A DNA stretch of 35,013 bases from Candidatus Glassbacteria bacterium (GCA_016934095.1 JAFGTO010000276.1:1-35013), one strand, 5' to 3'; shown: positions 1 to 8,915, counted from the stretch's first letter. Program-made: numbers and translations. The notes: a model not told the origin generated them from the letters alone.

Positions 1-116
1 CGGACCCTGTCCACGGCCAGGCCGAGGTCCTCTGCCACGCCGCGCGCCACCGCTATACCATGAGCATCGACCACTCCCGCCTTGAACCCGACCTCGATCC
101 GGTGTATCATTGCCAT
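1..116 (-). CDS. PurS-like domain protein, first 38 codons only (FGAM synthase PurS subunit, or the PurS-like N-terminus of a larger FGAM-synthase-type protein)
   Basis: Minus-strand frame is open to the window edge, with ATG at 114-116. Translation is MAMIHRIEVGFKAGVVDAHGIAVARGVAEDLGLAVDRV, which fits the PurS pattern KxGVxDxxGxAV...LG...V. The fragment is too short for a firm call. Confidence 0.35.
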   Translation of the reverse strand, partial: MAMIHRIEVGFKAGVVDAHGIAVARGVAEDLGLAVDRV

Positions 117-227
117 AACCCTGGTAATCTGTTGCCGAGAAAAGAAACCTTCATCCTCCAGCCGGGCCGGCTTGGATTCCGGTCGGCCCGGTACCCCTAA
201 AATAATAAAAATGCAGTGTACGAGCCA

Positions 228-269
228 TAAAAAGCGGAAAGCCCCGTCCACCGGGTGGTGAACGGGGCT
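228..269 (-). terminator. Rho-independent terminator downstream of the inositol-phosphate synthase gene
   Basis: Minus strand reads AGCCCCGT..(inner CCACC/GGTGG)..ACGGGGCT followed by TTCCGCTTTTTAT. The hairpin lies about 30 nt after the TAA stop at 299-301. Confidence 0.7.
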
Positions 270-298
270 CAGGGCTGTTGCCTCTGTTCAGGGAATAC

Positions 299-1426
299 TT
301 ATTTCACCGAGGCCAGCTCTATTTCATCAGAGGTGGCCTCCGGCCTGTCCTGCCGGTATGAGGCGATAAAATCCTCCACCATGTGCCGGGCCTCGTCATC
401 GACATACTGTACCGGCGGACTTTTCATGAAATAGGCCGAGGGGCCTAGCAGCGGGCCTGAGATCCCGTTGTCTATGGCCAGCTTGCAGCAGCGCACCGCA
501 TCGATTACCACTCCGGCCGAATTCGGGCTGTCCCAGACCTCGAGCTTGAGCTCCAGGTTCAGGGGGACATTGCCGAAAGTCTGGCCCTCGAGACGGATGT
601 GCGCCCACTTACGGTCGTCCAGCCACCCGACATAGTCGCTCGGGCCGATATGGATGTTCTTCTCCCCGATGTCGTAGTCGAGCTGGCTCGCCACTGCGTT
701 GGTCTTGGAGATTTTCTTGCTCTGCAGGCGCTCGCGCTCGAGCATGTTGAGGAAATCGGTGTTACCTCCCACGTTCAACTGGCTGGTGCGCATCAGCTTG
801 ACCCCACGGTCGAGGAACAGGCGGGTCAGCACCCGGTGCACGATGGTAGCCCCAACCTGGCTCTTGATGTCATCGCCGATGATGGGGACCCCCTGACGGC
901 GGAAACGGTCGGCCCACTGTTTGTCCTTGGCGATGAAAACCGGGATACAGTTGACCAGGCCGACCCCGGCCTCCAGCACTTTCTCGGCATAGAAGCGGGT
1001 GGCCTGCTCGCTGCCGACCGGCAGGTAGTTTACCGCCACATCCGCACGGGTCTTTTTCAACAAGCCGACCAGGTCCACTTCCGTCCCATCCGAGACTTCT
1101 ATCACCTCGGAAAGGTACTTGCCGATCCCATCCATTACCGGACCCCGCTGGACCTGCACCCCCAGCCTGGGCACATCGCAGAAACGATAGGTATTGTTCG
1201 GCTCGGAGTAGATCGCCTCTCCCAGATCCTTGCCCACCTTGTTCTTATCTACGTCCACGGCGGCTACGAACTCGATATCACGCACGTGGTAGCCGCCCAG
1301 GCTGGTGTGCATCAGCCCCGGAATGAACTCATCCTCGCTGGCTTCCTTGTAGAACTCCACCCCCTGGATAAACGAGCTGGCACAATTTCCTACACCGATC
1401 ACCGCAACGCGTACTTTGCTGGACAT
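299..1426 (-). CDS. ino1: myo-inositol-1-phosphate (inositol-3-phosphate) synthase, short bacterial/archaeal type
   Basis: 375-aa ORF. The N-terminal Rossmann motif [24 protein letters not shown] and overall length are typical of the prokaryotic MIPS family. Strong RBS AGGAGGAGGACTGG lies just upstream of the ATG. TAA stop. Confidence 0.85.
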   Translation of the reverse strand: MSSKVRVAVIGVGNCASSFIQGVEFYKEASEDEFIPGLMHTSLGGYHVRDIEFVAAVDVDKNKVGKDLGEAIYSEPNNTYRFCDVPRLGVQVQRGPVMDGIGKYLSEVIEVSDGTEVDLVGLLKKTRADVAVNYLPVGSEQATRFYAEKVLEAGVGLVNCIPVFIAKDKQWADRFRRQGVPIIGDDIKSQVGATIVHRVLTRLFLDRGVKLMRTSQLNVGGNTDFLNMLERERLQSKKISKTNAVASQLDYDIGEKNIHIGPSDYVGWLDDRKWAHIRLEGQTFGNVPLNLELKLEVWDSPNSAGVVIDAVRCCKLAIDNGISGPLLGPSAYFMKSPPVQYVDDEARHMVEDFIASYRQDRPEATSDEIELASVK

Positions 1427-1655
1427 CCAGTCCTCCTCCTGATGAATCGAGACAAGAATATTAGCTGGTTACTTTTAAAAGCAATGGCAGGAAAAACTCA
1501 ACTTATAACTCTGTAATATTATATCGACACTTTACATTATTAGTCAAATTTATTATTTTTATATATGGCATAAATTCAAATTATCATTAGGGCAGGCGTA
1601 CCTACAGGGACCACCTGCCTCTCAGTTAAAAACATACGAGGAAAGCGAGGCCCTC
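1427..1655. promoter_or_regulatory. Divergent AT-rich control region between ino1 and the LysR-family gene
   Basis: 229-bp spacer. Its core (about 1450-1600) is strongly AT-rich compared with the flanks. It contains the dyad TGTAA-N15-TTACA (about 1512-1536) and AT-rich repeats (ATTATT..ATTATT). No precise -35/-10 pair was assigned. Confidence 0.45.
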
Positions 1656-2570
1656 ATGCTGCTGGAACACCTGCGTTTTTTTTATGCCGTGGCCGAGAAC
1701 GGCAGCTTCACCCGGGCGGCCCGGGACCTGCTGCTGACCCAGCCGGCGGTGAGCAGCCAGATACGCAACCTGGAAGAAAGGCTCGGTCAGAGACTGTTCG
1801 AGCGCCAGGGCAAAAACATCCAACTGACCGAGGCCGGCAAGATCCTCTACAGCCAGTCGCGGAAAATCTTTCAGCAGCTGCGCGAAGTCGAGGTCGTGCT
1901 GAACGACCTGAAAAGCCTGGAGACCGGGCGGCTGAACCTGGGAACAGTAGATGTAATAAGCATTTACGTTCTGCCGATGATCTTCCGGGAATTCCACCAG
2001 CGCTATCCCCGGGTGGAGATCTCGATCGAGGTGGACAACTCTTTCAACCTCTGTTCCGGGGTAGCCGGGGGAGAGCTGGACCTGGGTTTCGTGACCCTGC
2101 CGGTGGAGGACAAGAGCCTGGTTTCCGTGCCGATCTATAATGATGTAATGCGGGTAATAGCCAACAGCCGCCACCCCCTGGCAGGCCGTAAGCTGGTAAC
2201 CCTGGAAGACCTGAGCAAGACCAACCTGATTATCTACAAGCGGGGCTCGGTAACCCGCCGGATCCTCGAGCAGATTTTCGAGAGCCACGGTTTCGAGCTG
2301 TCTCCGGACATGGAGATCGACCGGCCCGAGGCGATGAAAAAGCTGGTGGAGGTCGGGTTGGGCGTGTCGATCATCCCGGAGATGACAATCAAGCGGGAGG
2401 TAGAGGAAGGTTCCCTGGTAGTGCTGGAGATGGGTAACATCCGCTTCGAGCGTCAGCTCGGACTGGTCTACCGGAAGGGCCAGTTCTTTTCACCATCGAC
2501 CGCCGCATTCATCGAGGTACTGCAAGGCAAGCTCAAGTTCGAGAAACAGGCCGGTAACGCAGAATTTTAG
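1656..2570 (+). CDS. LysR-family transcriptional regulator
   Basis: 304 aa. N-terminal wHTH signature LRFFYAVAENGSFTRAARDLLLTQPAVSSQIRNLEERLGQRLFER, followed by a LysR substrate-binding-type C-terminus. GAGG RBS 5 nt upstream. TAG stop. Confidence 0.9.
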   Translation: MLLEHLRFFYAVAENGSFTRAARDLLLTQPAVSSQIRNLEERLGQRLFERQGKNIQLTEAGKILYSQSRKIFQQLREVEVVLNDLKSLETGRLNLGTVDVISIYVLPMIFREFHQRYPRVEISIEVDNSFNLCSGVAGGELDLGFVTLPVEDKSLVSVPIYNDVMRVIANSRHPLAGRKLVTLEDLSKTNLIIYKRGSVTRRILEQIFESHGFELSPDMEIDRPEAMKKLVEVGLGVSIIPEMTIKREVEEGSLVVLEMGNIRFERQLGLVYRKGQFFSPSTAAFIEVLQGKLKFEKQAGNAEF

Positions 2571-2628
2571 CCGCCCGGCGGATAGCCCCACGGACTAAAC
2601 TCCGGCAGGAGCCGGGGAGCGCGCCTGC

Positions 2629-3651
2629 TCATTCTATTGTCCTGTGCCTGCGGCTGATGCACTGCAGCAGTTTTTCTTTTGCAGATGCCTCCAGGAAAGA
2701 ATGCCGTGCACCCGCTTTCATCAGCAGGCTGACAGCCTCCGGGGACCAGTGCCAGGTCCGCACGCAGAGGGCGATTTCATCCTCGAGCCATGAGCCGAAA
2801 AATCCCGGGTCATCGCTCCCCAGGGTTACCGGCACGTGGTTTTTCAGCAGCACGGGCAGGGGGTGCTCTTCTATCCTGCCTACCGCCCGTGTCCTCAGGT
2901 TGCTTGTCGGGCAGCAGTCCAGGGCCACCTGCCTTTGCGCCAGCTCCCTCATCAGCGCCGCATCCCGGGCCGCCGCGATGCCGTGGCCGATCCTGTCCGC
3001 CCCCAGCACCTCCAGCGCTTCCCAGACCGAGTCAGGCCCCCCCACTTCCCCGGCGTGTACATAGCGCTTAAGCCCGGCCCGGCCTGCCAGCTCGAAAGCC
3101 TCTTTCAGCTCATCCGCCGGCAGCGACAACTCATCGCCACCCACCCCGAAAGCCACCACCGGAACCCCTGCCTGCCGGTCGGAGGCGGCGAGCCTTGCAC
3201 ACTCCACGGCGGCCTCCGCCCCCCACTGGCGCACCGTATCGTAGATCAGGCTCACTCTCGGGCCGCCCCGGGCCGCAGCCTCATCGAGCGCCCGCAGGAT
3301 GGCCCTGACTACTTCCTCGTGTTCCAGGCCGCGCCGCATATGGATCTGGGGGGTAAAAATACACTCCGCGTAGACCACTCCCTGCTCTGCCAACCGGCTG
3401 CAGAGCGTTTCGGCAACATGGTAGAAATCCCAGGGATCGGTTAAAAGCTCAACCACGCGGCGGTAGGCATCCAGGAACTCCCCGAAGTCGGCGAATCCAT
3501 AAATGTCCCCGGGCGGCAGCCCGCGCTCCGAGCAGATACGCGCCAGCAGCCCCGGCCCGACCGTACCCTCCAGGTGAAGGTGCAACTCGACCTTGGGCAA
3601 GCCGGAGATAAATCCCCCGTTCGCCGGGGATCTGGAACCATCGTCGGACAC
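2629..3651 (-). CDS. add: adenosine deaminase family metallohydrolase
   Basis: 340 aa with LPKVELHLHLEGT (the HxH metal site), HAGE, GHGI and the C-terminal TLGSDDPGFF motif of the adenosine/AMP deaminase family. GTG start at 3651 with GGAG upstream. TGA stop. Confidence 0.85.
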   Translation of the reverse strand: MSDDGSRSPANGGFISGLPKVELHLHLEGTVGPGLLARICSERGLPPGDIYGFADFGEFLDAYRRVVELLTDPWDFYHVAETLCSRLAEQGVVYAECIFTPQIHMRRGLEHEEVVRAILRALDEAAARGGPRVSLIYDTVRQWGAEAAVECARLAASDRQAGVPVVAFGVGGDELSLPADELKEAFELAGRAGLKRYVHAGEVGGPDSVWEALEVLGADRIGHGIAAARDAALMRELAQRQVALDCCPTSNLRTRAVGRIEEHPLPVLLKNHVPVTLGSDDPGFFGSWLEDEIALCVRTWHWSPEAVSLLMKAGARHSFLEASAKEKLLQCISRRHRTIE

Positions 3652-3805
3652 AGGCTCGTTCTCCGGGCAGAAGTCTGATTACTTGATCTTGGACGGCAAT
3701 TATATTACTATTTCTTGTCCATAATTGCAAATTATGTTTTACCTGGCCCCGTGCCGGTGTTTGTTTTCGCGTTCAGGCCGCCTGTCCCGGTGGGAAGGGG
3801 AAAAG

Positions 3806-4696
3806 ATGAAAACCGATATCCTGGAAAAACTGTCCGGCCGAGTGCTGCTGCTCGACAGCGCAATGGGCAGCTCGCTGCTCGCCGAAAAGTTCGGCAGCGG
3901 CCTCGAGGCCGGCGAGCTCTGGAATGTCGAGGACGGCAAGAAAGAAAAGGTAAGACAGATCCACCAGGCGAATGTCAGGGCCGGCAGCGATGTTGTCATC
4001 ACCAACACTTTCGGCGCCAACCGTTTCAAGCTCGGCCACTATGGACTCGCCGGGCGGGTGCGGGAGCTGAACAGCGCCGGCGCACGCCTTTGCCGCGAGG
4101 CAGCGGAAGGGAAAGCTCTGGTGGCGGGAGACATCGGCCCCACCGGGGAAATACTGGAGGGCTCGGGCGGAGACCGCACCCCCGACGAGGTCCGGGCCGG
4201 CTACGATGAGCAGGTGGCCGGCCTGCTGGAGGGCGGTGTCGACCTCTTCATCCTCGAGACTTTCATGGATGTCGAGGAGCTCAAGCTGGCGCTGGAAGCG
4301 GTCAGGGCCGCCAGCGAGCTCCGGGTCATCGCCTCGATGACTTTCCAGTCAGGCGCCGGCCGGCTGGCCACCATGTGGGGCCTTACTCCCGAGCAGGCGG
4401 CCAGGGAGCTGACCGAGGCGGGAACCGACATTGTAGGGGCCAACTGCGGCATGGGCAGCGAGGAAATGGTCCAGGTGGTGGGCCGGATGGCCGGGAGCAC
4501 CGGCCTGCCGATCTGCGCCCAGCCCAATGCCGGGCTGCCCGAAATGGTCGAGGGCAAGACAGTCTACCGCGAAACCCCGGAGCAGATGGCGGAAAAAGCC
4601 GTCGCGCTGGCTGCGGCCGGAGCGCGCCTGATCGGCGGCTGCTGCGGCAGCACACCCGAATATATCGCCGCCGCCAAGGTGAAACTGGGACTCTAG
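3806..4696 (+). CDS. homocysteine S-methyltransferase domain protein (stand-alone Hcy-binding domain, MmuM/BHMT/MetH-N-terminal type)
   Basis: ATG at 3806 is preceded by GGAAGGGG. Translation MKTDILEKLSGRVLLLDSAMGS...VVITNTFGANR...GANCGMG...IGGCCGSTPEYI carries the Zn-ligand Cys (NCG) and the GGCCG pair of Pfam S-methyl_trans. The ORF track starts at 3725, but that extension looks non-coding. Confidence 0.8.
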   Translation: MKTDILEKLSGRVLLLDSAMGSSLLAEKFGSGLEAGELWNVEDGKKEKVRQIHQANVRAGSDVVITNTFGANRFKLGHYGLAGRVRELNSAGARLCREAAEGKALVAGDIGPTGEILEGSGGDRTPDEVRAGYDEQVAGLLEGGVDLFILETFMDVEELKLALEAVRAASELRVIASMTFQSGAGRLATMWGLTPEQAARELTEAGTDIVGANCGMGSEEMVQVVGRMAGSTGLPICAQPNAGLPEMVEGKTVYRETPEQMAEKAVALAAAGARLIGGCCGSTPEYIAAAKVKLGL

Positions 4697-4910
4697 AGGG
4701 GCGTTGAAAAAAGACCTCAACGCCCCGTGATGAAATTTATTGATTCATGGTCTGTCAAGGGCAAGGCAAGCCGTTTCCATTGTAAATGTAAGATTTCCTG
4801 CATGTTATGCAATTAAAACTTCCTTAGCGCATGTTGTTGTCACAAGAGTGGAAACGGCCCTTGACAGCCTTGATACCCTGAATTCTCAATATTTCAACGC
4901 GCCTCTAGAA
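4691..4910. repeat. Nested inverted-repeat element (about 220 bp) in a low-GC intergenic stretch
   Basis: Outer arms CTCTAGAGGGGCGTTGAA (4691-4708) and TTCAACGCGCCTCTAGAA (4893-4910) match 16/17 as an inverted repeat. Inner arms CTGTCAAGGGC..CCGTTTCCA (4752-4779) and TGGAAACGGCCCTTGACAG (4849-4867) pair with an 8-nt bulge. No ORF with coding character lies inside. Confidence 0.6.
4698..4726 (+). terminator. Terminator-like hairpin immediately after the Hcy-methyltransferase stop codon
   Basis: GGGGCGTTGA-aaaaagacc-TCAACGCCCC, a 10-bp perfect stem starting 2 nt after TAG (4694-4696). The downstream sequence is only moderately T-rich (GTGATGAAATTTATTG). Confidence 0.5.
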
Positions 4911-5125
4911 GGGATTGTTGAAGCCGCCCCCTTGAGTCGGATCATAGCGTACCGTGCCCGCAATTGGGCAACCTCGCTTCCCCGGGCGCAAAAGAGGAAC
5001 ACAGGGACTAGCTGTCAACCAGGCTCGCGTTGTGCGTCGAACGTCAAGTAATCCTGCCGCCCCTCAGCCCGCTCGCGGACTGCCAATGACGGGCTTGCTA
5101 AAACAGTATCTTGCAGCTTTTCTCG

Positions 5126-5153
5126 GCAGGGGCGTGGCATGCCTCGCCCCTGC
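5126..5153. promoter_or_regulatory. 28-nt near-perfect palindrome upstream of the ABC exporter operon (operator or RNA hairpin candidate)
   Basis: GCAGGGGCGTGGCATGCCTCGCCCCTGC: 13 of 14 positions are self-complementary. It lies about 120 nt upstream of the ATG at 5274, inside a roughly 530-bp non-coding leader. Confidence 0.4.
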
Positions 5154-5273
5154 AATAGAATACAATGCCGCTCCCGTTCCCCGAGCTTTCTGTCCCGCTT
5201 TGCCGGCAGGGGTGTTCCGACAGGCCGGCACCTTTCACTGTCAGCCAGGCAAGCACACACGAGGTACCGAGTC

Positions 5274-7061
5274 ATGGCCCGCAAAAGCCTCGGCGGTTTT
5301 ATCAGGTCTTTAAGGCCGCTGAAAAAATACCTCGCCGCCCACCGGCGAATGTTCCTGGTAGGGCTGGCCTGCGCTTTCCTGACCAACTCCCTGGGCATGG
5401 TTTTCCCCCTGGTGATCAAGTCCGGCGTGGATAGTATCGGCGCCTCAAGGAGGACCGGGCTGCTGCTCAGCGTAGCCCTGCTGATTGCCATCAAGCTGGT
5501 GCAGGGACTCTTCCGCTTCCTGATGCGGCGCATCCTCATCGGGATCAGCCGGAAGATGGAATATAAAATCCGGGCCGACCTGTTCGAGCACCTGCAGGGC
5601 CTGCCGCTTTCCTTTTACCAGCGCTCGCGGGTCGGTGATATCATGAGCCGGGCCACCAACGACCTGAACGAGGTCCGCATGCTGCTGGGGCCGGCGATCA
5701 TGTATTCTTTCCAGACAGCGGTGACAGTGCTGTTCGCCCTGCCGGTAATGGCCTACATCGATCTGAAGCTTACCGTGCTGGCGTTCCTGCCACTGGCCCT
5801 GGTCAGCCTGAGCTACAAGAAAGTCGGCCGGATGATCCACGAGCGCTCGATGCAGGTGCAGCGCTCCCTCAGCGATATCACCGCCAAAGCCCAGGAGAAC
5901 GTGGCCGGCATCCGGGTGGTGAAATCTTTCACCCGCGAGCGGCAGGAGATCGAGCACTTCGATAAGCTCAACCGCGACTACCTGCGGCTGAACATGGACC
6001 TGATCAAGGTTTCGGGCTTGCTGTTCCCTTTCATGTCTTTCCTCAGCGGGTTGACTTCCCTGATCATGCTCGGCTACGGCGGCCTGCTGGTCAGCAGGGG
6101 GACAATCACCCTGGGAGATTTCACCGCCTTTTTCATCTACCTGGCGATGATGTACTGGCCGATGATTTCCATAGGCTTCGTGCTCAACGTGATCCAGCGG
6201 GGCCGGGCCTCGCTGGACCGGATCATGGAGCTGTTCAACACCCGGAGCGATATCACCGATGTCGCGGCTTCCGGGGCAGCGGTGCCGGGGCCCCGGCGGA
6301 TCGAGGGCAGGCTTAGTTTCCGCCGCCTCGATTTCAGTTACCCCGGCTGGGCCGCCGGCGTGCTGAAAGAGGTTTCCCTCGAGCTGGAGCAGGGAGAGAC
6401 CCTGGCCCTGGTCGGCCCGGTGGGCAGCGGCAAGTCCACCCTGCTGAGCCTGATCCCCAGGCTCTACGACCCCCCGCCCGGGACAGTGCTGATCGATGGA
6501 ACCGACGTGCGGGAGCTGCCCCTGGAAGAGCTGCGCCGCTCGGTCGCCATGGTCCCCCAGGACAGCTTCCTCTTTTCCGAGAGCATCCGCGAAAATGTGA
6601 TCTACGGGCTGGACCGCCAGGCGGCGGAAGAGGAGATCATCAAGGTGGTCAAGACAGCGGGGCTCTACAACGATATCCAGCAGCTTCCCAACGGGCTGGA
6701 CACCCTGCTCGGCGAGCGCGGGATCAACCTTTCCGGGGGGCAGAAACAGCGCACCTCGCTGAGCCGGGCGCTGATAGTGGATGCTCCGGTCCTGCTGCTG
6801 GACGACTGCTTTTCCAGTGTCGACACCCATACCGAGGAGGCCATCCTCGGCGCCCTGCGCGGTTATACCAGGGGCCGGACGACTATTATGGTCAGCCACC
6901 GGATAAGCACTGTCAAGTCTGCCGACCGCATAGCCGTGATCCAGGACGGCCGTATTACCCAACTCGGGAGCCATAGCCGGCTCCTGGAGGATGAAACGGG
7001 TTACTATGCTTCGCTTTACGAGAAACAACTGTTAAGAGAAAAGATCGAGAGGATCTCTTGA
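5274..7061 (+). CDS. ABC exporter half-transporter (TMD-NBD fusion), subunit carrying the degenerate Walker B
   Basis: Start at ATG 5274 (GAGG upstream) rather than the track start at 5139. Six-TM exporter domain followed by an NBD: Walker A GPVGSGKST, signature LSGGQKQR, Walker B VLLLDD followed by C (Asp replaces the catalytic Glu), H-loop VSHRIS. TGA stop. Confidence 0.9.
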   Translation: MARKSLGGFIRSLRPLKKYLAAHRRMFLVGLACAFLTNSLGMVFPLVIKSGVDSIGASRRTGLLLSVALLIAIKLVQGLFRFLMRRILIGISRKMEYKIRADLFEHLQGLPLSFYQRSRVGDIMSRATNDLNEVRMLLGPAIMYSFQTAVTVLFALPVMAYIDLKLTVLAFLPLALVSLSYKKVGRMIHERSMQVQRSLSDITAKAQENVAGIRVVKSFTRERQEIEHFDKLNRDYLRLNMDLIKVSGLLFPFMSFLSGLTSLIMLGYGGLLVSRGTITLGDFTAFFIYLAMMYWPMISIGFVLNVIQRGRASLDRIMELFNTRSDITDVAASGAAVPGPRRIEGRLSFRRLDFSYPGWAAGVLKEVSLELEQGETLALVGPVGSGKSTLLSLIPRLYDPPPGTVLIDGTDVRELPLEELRRSVAMVPQDSFLFSESIRENVIYGLDRQAAEEEIIKVVKTAGLYNDIQQLPNGLDTLLGERGINLSGGQKQRTSLSRALIVDAPVLLLDDCFSSVDTHTEEAILGALRGYTRGRTTIMVSHRISTVKSADRIAVIQDGRITQLGSHSRLLEDETGYYASLYEKQLLREKIERIS

Positions 7062-7078
7062 GGGCAGCCAGGAGTTAC

Positions 7079-8860
7079 ATGGTCGAGGATGAATTTACCG
7101 GGAAAGCCTACGATACCCGTCTGGCTCGCAGGCTCTTCGGGTTCCTGCGGCCTTACCGGCATTACATCCTGATGGCGACCCTGGCGCTGCTGGCCAGCTC
7201 GGCCTGCCAGCTCGCCGGCCCCTACCTGGTCAAGGTCGCCCTGGACAAGTACATTACTCCCGGGAAGCTCGACGGTTTCGGCATTTTACTCTGGACTTAC
7301 TTTGCAGTAATCAGCCTCGATTTCCTCTTCCGTTTCGCCCAGATCTACCTGACCAACTACCTGGGCCAGAAATCCATGTACGACCTGCGCATGGCCCTTT
7401 TCCGCCATCTGCAGAAGCTTTCCCTGAGCTTTTTCGACCGCAACCCTGTTGGCCGCCTGGTCACCAGGGCCACCACGGATGTGGAAGCGCTGAACCAGCT
7501 TTTTTCCACCGGCCTGGTTACCGTGATCGGGGACCTGGCGATGATTATCGGGATCATGGCGGCCATGCTCTGGCTCAGTCCCAAGCTGGCACTGGTCACT
7601 TTTTCGATCCTGCCGGTGCTGCTGGCGGTAACCTTCTATTTCCGTCGCAAGATGCGGGAGGGGTTCCGCCTGGTGCGGACCCGGATCGCCAGGATCAACT
7701 CCTTTCTGCAGGAAGCCCTGAGCGGGATGATGACCATCCAGTTATTCAACCGCCAGCAGAAAAGCCGGAGCGATTTCGATAAGCTTAACCTGGACCACAT
7801 GCAGGCCCATATCCAGACGATATTCTACTATGCGCTGTTCTATCCGCTGATCGACATGATAGCCGCCGTCTCAATGGCCATCATCATCTGGTACGGGGGC
7901 TTGCGGGCTATGGACGGTGCGCTGACTTTCGGTGTGCTGGTGGCTTTCATCCAGTACGTGGAAAAGTTTTACAAGCCGATCAGCGACCTGAGCGAGAAAT
8001 ACAACATCTTCCAGGCGGCGATGGCCGCCTCCGAGCGCATTTTCGGGCTGCTGGACACCAGGGAGAGCATAGAGAGCTCTTCGCATTCGGTCTATCGCGA
8101 CCGCCTCAACGGCAGCGTGGCTTTCCGTGACGTCTGCTTCTCCTACAACCAGGATGAGCCGGTGCTGAAAGGGGTCAGCTTCGAGGTGCTGCCGGGAGAG
8201 AAAATCGCCATAGTGGGGGCCACCGGCGCAGGCAAGACCACTATCATCAACCTGCTCTGCCGCTTTTACGATCCCCAGCAGGGAGAGATCCTGATCGACG
8301 GGGTTGACCTGAGGGAGCTCGACAAGACATGGCTGCGCAGCAATATCGGCCTGGCCCTGCAGGATGTAACCATCTTTTCCGGCACGGTGAAAAACAACAT
8401 CGCTCTCGGCCGGGAGAACCCCTCGCTCAAGCGCATAACCGCTGCGGCCGATGCCGTGGGAGCGATGGATTTCATCGAGAAACTTCCCGGGGGATTCGAT
8501 CACCTGCTCACCGAGCGCGGCTCCAACCTGAGCACCGGCCAACGTCAACTGCTCTCTTTCGCCAGGGTGATGTACAAGAACCCGCGGATACTGGTGCTGG
8601 ACGAGGCCACCAGCAGCGTGGACTCACACACGGAACACCTGATACAGCAGGCCCTGGAACGTCTGATTGCCCGGAGGACCAGCCTGATAGTGGCCCACCG
8701 CCTGTCGACCATCCGCCACGTGGACCGGATAATCGTCATGCACCACGGCAGGATCGCCGAAACCGGCACTCACCGGGAGCTCCTTGCCCGCAGGGGGATT
8801 TATTTCAATCTTTACCAGCTGCAGTACAAGGACCAGGAAATAACCGTCCCAGGGGAATAG
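7079..8860 (+). CDS. ABC exporter half-transporter (TMD-NBD fusion), partner subunit with canonical Walker B and degenerate signature
   Basis: ATG 7079 lies 5 nt after AGGAG. Walker A GATGAGKTT, signature LSTGQRQL (degenerate relative to LSGGQ), Walker B ILVLDEATS, H-loop AHRLST. It starts 18 nt after the upstream stop, so the two are operonic. Confidence 0.9.
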   Translation: MVEDEFTGKAYDTRLARRLFGFLRPYRHYILMATLALLASSACQLAGPYLVKVALDKYITPGKLDGFGILLWTYFAVISLDFLFRFAQIYLTNYLGQKSMYDLRMALFRHLQKLSLSFFDRNPVGRLVTRATTDVEALNQLFSTGLVTVIGDLAMIIGIMAAMLWLSPKLALVTFSILPVLLAVTFYFRRKMREGFRLVRTRIARINSFLQEALSGMMTIQLFNRQQKSRSDFDKLNLDHMQAHIQTIFYYALFYPLIDMIAAVSMAIIIWYGGLRAMDGALTFGVLVAFIQYVEKFYKPISDLSEKYNIFQAAMAASERIFGLLDTRESIESSSHSVYRDRLNGSVAFRDVCFSYNQDEPVLKGVSFEVLPGEKIAIVGATGAGKTTIINLLCRFYDPQQGEILIDGVDLRELDKTWLRSNIGLALQDVTIFSGTVKNNIALGRENPSLKRITAAADAVGAMDFIEKLPGGFDHLLTERGSNLSTGQRQLLSFARVMYKNPRILVLDEATSSVDSHTEHLIQQALERLIARRTSLIVAHRLSTIRHVDRIIVMHHGRIAETGTHRELLARRGIYFNLYQLQYKDQEITVPGE

Positions 8861-8915
8861 CCTGAGATTCCGCCCCAACTGTCCTGCGCTTGCCGGCCAG
8901 AATCAAGGCTCTCGG

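Noticed and set aside
3652-3805. SAM, SAH or cobalamin riboswitch upstream of the homocysteine methyltransferase
   Set aside because: The leader is short, and I could not find a B12 box, a SAM-I four-way junction signature or SAH-riboswitch motifs by eye. This would need cmscan to exclude fully.
4740-5313. ORFs 4740-5051 and 4954-5313 as protein-coding genes in the long gap before the ABC operon
   Set aside because: They have no RBS, odd composition and no family resemblance, and they overlap the inverted-repeat and palindrome structures. They are better explained as non-coding sequence.
5445-7028. Long antisense ORFs opposite real genes (for example 5445-7028, 14998-16812, 27107-29017, 599-1516, 12627-13810, 29051-30043)
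   Set aside because: Their translations are low-complexity and Arg/Pro/Gly/His-rich, with no recognisable motifs. They lie exactly opposite ORFs with strong family signatures, so they are typical shadow ORFs of GC-rich DNA.
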